From assembly GCA_951406725.2 (NCBI GenBank), contig OX597834.1:12524001-12588000 (forward strand): 64,000 nt of DNA, written 5' to 3'. The position numbers were made by a program, and so were the translations under genes. The stretch comes from Octopus vulgaris (taxonomy: Eukaryota). This document shows, piece after piece, positions 58,520 to 64,000 of the stretch (position 1 is its first letter; every line of letters starts with the position of its first letter). A model generated the notes under the pieces. That model searched no databases and was not told where the DNA came from. It saw only the letters and a program-made list of their open reading frames with translations.

Positions 58520-59100
58520 AAGGATTGAATTCATGCTGTGCTGCGAAACGTCAGGTAGATCAGTCACAGCTCACGCAAAAGCAGGCCCAGAATGAAAAAA
58601 AAAAGGCTGTTATTTACAGTGAGCTCACCCAGGACAAAGAGACAGCGAAGAATGCAGGAACCTATTTCTTTACTACCCACAAGGGGCTAAACACAGAGGG
58701 AACAAACAAGGACAGACACACGGATTAAGTCGATTACATCGACCCCAGTGTGCAGCTGGTACTTATTTAATCGACCCCGAAAGGATGAAAGGCAAAGTCG
58801 ACCTCGGCGGAATTTGAACTCAGAACGTAACGGCAGACGAAATACGACTACGTATTTCGCCCGGCGTGCTAACGATTCTGCCAGCTCGCCGCCCTGCGAA
58901 GAATGCTAGAACCGCTTCAAGGACCAGCCGAGACAGAAACTTAACTTGTTGGGGAGAGACCCACACAGGATCAGACTGAGTTGCCCAGAGGGTGGGGTGA
59001 CAAGAGTCCTTGCAGATCGCCGCAAGCAACATTGAGGAGGCCATGGCAACTACCAGTGCTTGCATATTTACCTCGAGTGCACCAAAACCTGGCTTATATA
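58520..59100 (+). mobile_element. Relic of RLE-type (Hero/NeSL-like) non-LTR element interrupted by SINE-A
   Basis: QNEKKKAVIYSELTQD and IAASNIEEAMATTSACIF resemble RLE C-terminal motifs (ERKxxxYxEL; EAAExASxWIW). Confidence 0.35.
58662..58894 (-). mobile_element. Full-length SINE-A
   Basis: Imperfect TSD GCGAAGAATGC..GAACC on both sides. Confidence 0.92.
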
Positions 59101-59734
59101 GGCTTCTGGCTTTTCCTCAAGATCTTAAACACGAAGGAATGCTATCGTCGTTTTAGATAAAGCAATTCATGTGTACCCACTGAGTTTATTATTACTGGTT
59201 TCCGATATTTTTTTCTGACAAATACATCTCCCTGTATTTTCTCTTTTAATACACTATGTATACATACACACACACTCACACATTCACACACACATATGAT
59301 ATGAATAGTATATATATATACATTATATTTTACTATTATATATACTAAATTATATATGCGTGTGCATAGATATGTCTACATATACATATCTCTTGATATG
59401 CGTAGATTTAAGGATAAATAGATACATACATACATACACACATATATATATCTATATCTATATCAATATAGATATATATATATACATGGATGAATACATA
59501 TGCACATATATGAATATATGCACAAATGTGTATGTTTATATATATATACACGCACACGCATATATGTACATACACACATGTATGTATATAGAGGCACCCG
59601 CACACACACGCACACGCATACACACACACGCACACACACACAGAGGCACGCACACATACACATACATCTGACATTGTAAAATGGCGACCATACAAAATTG
59701 ATATAAACATCAGCGAGAAAATTAAATGCGAGGA

Positions 59735-60130
59735 AGAAATGTGCAACTATATTTTGGGATACACTGGTTATAACTGACAGAGAAGTATTGGCAAATCGTA
59801 CAGATAGTATTTGCCAATACTATCATATATGACAATATTTCCTCGCAGATACATTAATGCCAGCATAGAAAATCATATCTTTAAAAGAACTGGAGAAATT
59901 GGCCAAATATATCGATTTGGAAACAGAGATAACTCGAACGAGCGGAACGAAATCAAAACAATCCAAGGAATATTAGGAGCGTTAGCTACGATAAGAACAA
60001 GACGAAATTACATATATTATCAGTATCGCAGGACTTACAAAATACAGATAACATACAAAAATATACAACTGTTAAAGCCTGAACGAATACTTACATCGAA
60101 TGTGAATTCAATAAATTTGCACACGTTGAA
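59735..60130 (+). mobile_element. R4/Dong-like LINE relic (RLE domain)
   Basis: ATIFWDTLVITDREVLANRTD..., SLKELEKLAKYIDLETEITR, ILGALATI match R4 TDRxIxANRPD...EKxxKYxDL. Confidence 0.7.
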
Positions 60131-60440
60131 AGAGGAAGAAATTGTGCCTGTGTTTATGGACCGAACGCATATGCAACTTAGTGATGATGATCATGATGAT
60201 GATGGTGATAATGTTGATCGTGATGGCGATGATGATGGGCAGCAATTTGAGGGAAGGGGACTAGTCGATTATATCGACTTCCTCCCCCTCCCCTCCAGTA
60301 TTCAGATGTTTCTTATTTTATTGATCCGAAAGGACGAAAGGCAAAGTCGAGTCGGCAAAATTTCAACCCAGAACGATGTGATGAGTGAAAAACCACTCAG
60401 CATTTCACCCAGCGTGTTAAAATTTGGCAATCTTATGATG

Positions 60441-60476
<36 letters not shown>

Positions 60477-60877
60477 GTAAAAATAATAATAATAATTCTT
60501 TCTACTATAGGAACAACGCCTGACGTTTCTCTGGAGGAAGCCCGTCGCTTATATCGACCACAGTGCGTAACTGGTACTTAATTTCCCGATCCTAAAAAGG
60601 ATGAAAGGCAAAGTTGACACTGGTATCATTCGAACTCCGAACGCGATGTCCGACGGAATATCGCTGAAAATAATAAATGCCCTGATGCAGTACCATGCAG
60701 TGGCTCTCGTGGCTTCTGATCTTAACAGATTGGAATTGTCATCATGCACATTGTTTTGTCTTGGTATAAAAGATGGGCTACAGCCAATATTCTGCCCAAT
60801 GCCACAGATTTGCTTGTCAGTCTCTGGGTGAGACTTGGAGCCAACTTGTACAAATGCAAAGCAAAAGTCAAACGTAA

Positions 60878-60909
<32 letters not shown>

Positions 60910-61303
60910 CTATTATTATTATTATTATTAATAGTAGTAGTAGTAGTAGTATTTCATTACTATGTACAAGAATTCGCCGAAATATACGAAGGAACGTTGA
61001 ATACGTGTCTCAAAAAAAGTATGATGTCCGAGAAATTATGTAAACACAAAGGAAATTTTGAAAGGCCTTATAGATTATATAATGAGATGGATTAAATAAA
61101 TATGCATCACAAATATTTGCATAGATAATAGCGATCTACGAAAGAACTTATATCAAGAAAGATGCAAAACCTGCTCAAAATTAAACGTCGGTTATTTTGA
61201 TTAAGTTACACAACGTTTTTGAATATAAAATATCTCTACTCCCTATCTTTTGGTGCAGATGCCAGAATCTTACATGGTGTTTGCTTGGTTTATGAGAGCA
61301 TAT

Positions 61304-61660
61304 GGATCTTTTCACTTTGACCGGCAGATTTTTAAAATAATTTCTCTGTAACTAAACTTTTACACTTCGTATACTGGTAGAATGTGTTACATAAAACTGA
61401 GTAGAGACCGCAGGAAATTGCTGTTGACAAACAACCGCAGATATTGTATTCATCTCAATGGACGTCATTGATTGGTTGAAATTGGCGAAATGCAAGAAAT
61501 CTAACAACAAATAGCTTACAAATTAAATTACAGAATTTTCTCAAGAAACCCAAGAGAAAAAGATGTTTTATGTAACACATTCTACCAGTATACGAAGTTT
61601 AAAAGTGTTTAGTTTCAAAGAAATTATTTTAAGAATCTACCGGGCAAAATGAAATGATCC
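61304..61660. mobile_element. GGATC-ended DNA transposon, asymmetric arms, 8-bp TSD
   Basis: TSD GAGCATAT at 61296-61303 and 61661-61668; ~90 bp of inverted arm. Confidence 0.9.
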
Positions 61661-61930
61661 GAGCATATAAAGACTAAGGGCCGTAGATCGTTTATATATA
61701 ACATTTCGGAATTTATATAAGGAGGCGGGATTGTAACTGCGGCGACGGGGCGGGTGGATAATTAGCGACGTCATGTCTGTCTTTAGGTTCAGGTTTCAAA
61801 TGCCACAGAGGACAACTTAGATTTTACCCTTTCGGGGTTGATAAAATAAGTAACAATTAAGCACTTAGGTTGATGTAATCAACTAGCCTCACTCGAACTT
61901 GTGCCAACACTTGAAACCAATATATATATA

Positions 61931-62314
61931 CTCTTTACTTGTTTCAGTCATTTGACTGCGGCTATGCTGGAACACCGCCTTTAGTCGAGCAAATCGACCG
62001 CGGGACTTATTCTTTGTAAGCCCAGTACTTATTCTATCGGTCTCTTTTGCCGAACCGCTAAGTTACGGGGACGTAAACACACCAGCATCGGTTGTCAAGC
62101 AATGCTAGGAGGACAAACACACACACACACATATATATATATACATATATACGACAGGCTTCTTTCAGATTCCGTCTACCAAATCCACTCACAAGGCATT
62201 GGTCGGCCCGGGGCTATAGCAGAAGACACTTGCCCAAGATGCCACGCAGTGGGACTGAACCTGGAACCATGTCGTTGGTTAGCAAACTACTTACCACACA
62301 GCCACTCCTGCGCC
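61931..62314 (-). mobile_element. SINE-B
   Basis: Family match. Confidence 0.9.
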
Positions 62315-62514
62315 TATATATATCTTTTTTAAATTTATTCTGTCCCTTTTTCGTTAGTTTAGAGTGTGATCCGTTTACTTCGCAACCCTTGTAAACTGAT
62401 AGAAATTACTTGCGTGTAATGTCTATCATGAGAGAGATTTCTCAGTCTTGGAATAATAATGACTTATATTTAAATGAGGAGGGAAATGTTTCCTCCACGT
62501 ATGCGTTGGATCTC

Positions 62515-62805
62515 GTTGTTTGTTTGTTGTTTGTTCCTTCTCGAGCCATCGCTGGCTCATAAGGGTCGGTTTCCCGGTTTCCTTGGCGTATAGGTTCCCC
62601 ACCTGGACGGGGGACGCCAGTCCGTGGCAGGTGATTTGCAAGATGCAGCAGGAAAGCGTGAGAGAAAGGTGTGACGAAAGAGTAAGTAGTTCGCCATTAC
62701 CTTCTGCCAGAGCCGCTTGGAGCTTACGTGTATCGCTCATAAACACACACATCGCTAGTTCTGAGATTCGAACCCGCGATCCCGAGACCGCTGCTCTAAC
62801 CACTT
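62515..62805 (-). mobile_element. SINE with SINE-C-like head/body and a different 3' tail
   Basis: Head GGTTAGAGCAGCGG...GGGTTCGAATC; body ttatgagcgatacacgtaagctcca like SINE-C; tail ...GGCTCGAGAAGG(AAC)n. Confidence 0.7.
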
Positions 62806-63399
62806 GTGGATAACACAAGCGATTTTCTTGAGTAAAAGAAATTTTTTCGCCTCGGGCTTTGTTAGAATTTTTTAAATATTCCAGTGGATGTTCCTGACAA
62901 TTTTAGCGACTCGGTATTTTTGTTCTTTGGTGAAATCTAAGGTCCTCTTAGCTACCACTACCTTAAACATCTCTACTATTGTTAGGCTAAATTGCCGAAT
63001 GAAGAAGTATTTGTTATTCTTGGTGAATCTCAACATATTTCACCAATATATTCCAACTGCTCATATATTCCCATGAACGTGGTTGCTATCAAGAGTGCGA
63101 CACGTCGACGACATCTCTTACGACACTCTTCTTTTTGCCTTAACAAATATCTGTGGAACCAAATTAAAAGCCATTGAGTTATTTTGCCTTCTGAATTTAT
63201 CCCATTTATTTAACGATGTAACATATGCTGCTATATGCACCTCCTCTAGCAGTTTTTCTTCAAAGATCTCTCTTGGCTGCTTCCAATCACCCTTACATGG
63301 ATTGCATTAAAAACCTAAGCTGCTTAAGCTTCGTACGTTATTGAAATGATTTATATTTAGATATTAGCAACATGCTTCATTCGAATGTAGGGATCGAGC

Positions 63400-63600
63400 A
63401 TATTGGGGAAAATTTCAACACAGAAGGGAAAAAAACTGACGCAACATCCATTAAGAAAATAGCCACAAGCGTGTATCAATCGATTTTACTCGGTTATAAG
63501 AGCATAAACGAAACCAAACTTGAAGCGTATTCATCACGTATATTTTTCATGGAGGCCTTATTTATACATGACAAACCTGAGCTCGTGGACGCCTGGTGTC
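63400..63600 (+). mobile_element. Penelope-like GIY-YIG C-terminal relic
   Basis: TSVYQSILLGYKSIN...RIFFMEALFIHDKPEL resembles PLE LxxxEAxxIxxxKPxLN. Confidence 0.5.
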
Positions 63601-64000
63601 ACAATTAACATATTTCCATTTCCCTAAATCATCAATCTTTGCTCTTTGTGATAAAGATACTAACATCAATCAATGCGAACACACGAATATGTTTAGTAGA
63701 ATAATATTTAAGAATATCGAATTTAAATGGAAATATATTCGGTATAAATGGATAAAGAAAATCACAAGTGAATTGCTTAGATATTTGTTAATATACTTTT
63801 ATGAAATTAATGTATAGAAAGCTGTTCAATACAATCGGGTTTTAGCATTTAAAATCATATGTAATGAGATTATTTAAATGAAGGGGCAAAAAAAAAAAAA
63901 AAAGAAAAGGAAATTTGATTGCGATTCACAAACATATGGAAAGAGATAACATATAACTGCGCTTACAATACAAATGTAATTGCTGATTTTTCATGAAATG

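Noticed and set aside
59811-60581. 256 aa ORF as a host gene
   Set aside because: Chance read-through of an R4/Dong relic, (GAT)n, SINE relics and (ATA)n

Overview
AT-rich, repeat-saturated eukaryotic genomic DNA; the SINE repertoire and microsatellite load resemble an octopus/cephalopod genome (inference, not verified). Most long ORFs in the track are artefacts of (TA)n-type microsatellites. Supported content: (1) scattered, damaged minus-strand exon-like segments from ~40 kb down to ~3 kb that read colinearly as a BPI/LBP (TULIP) family protein, probably an intron-containing pseudogene; (2) a tRNA-derived SINE (here SINE-A) forming head-less tandem multimers with a fixed junction, favouring GTA at its 3' junctions, and sharing its 3' tail with Tx1-like non-LTR elements; (3) a ~5 kb head-to-tail stack (12.4-17.3 kb) of ORF1-only Tx1-like elements, one carrying antisense copies of its own ORF1 end; (4) further SINE families with shuffled modules, four GGATC-ended DNA transposons (8-bp TSD in three; telomere-like repeats in three), non-autonomous Helitrons, a deleted mariner, RTE, R4/Dong, Tx1 and Penelope relics, hammerhead-like motifs, and kb-scale (TA)n arrays. 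All assignments were made by eye; reference protein motifs are recalled from memory.
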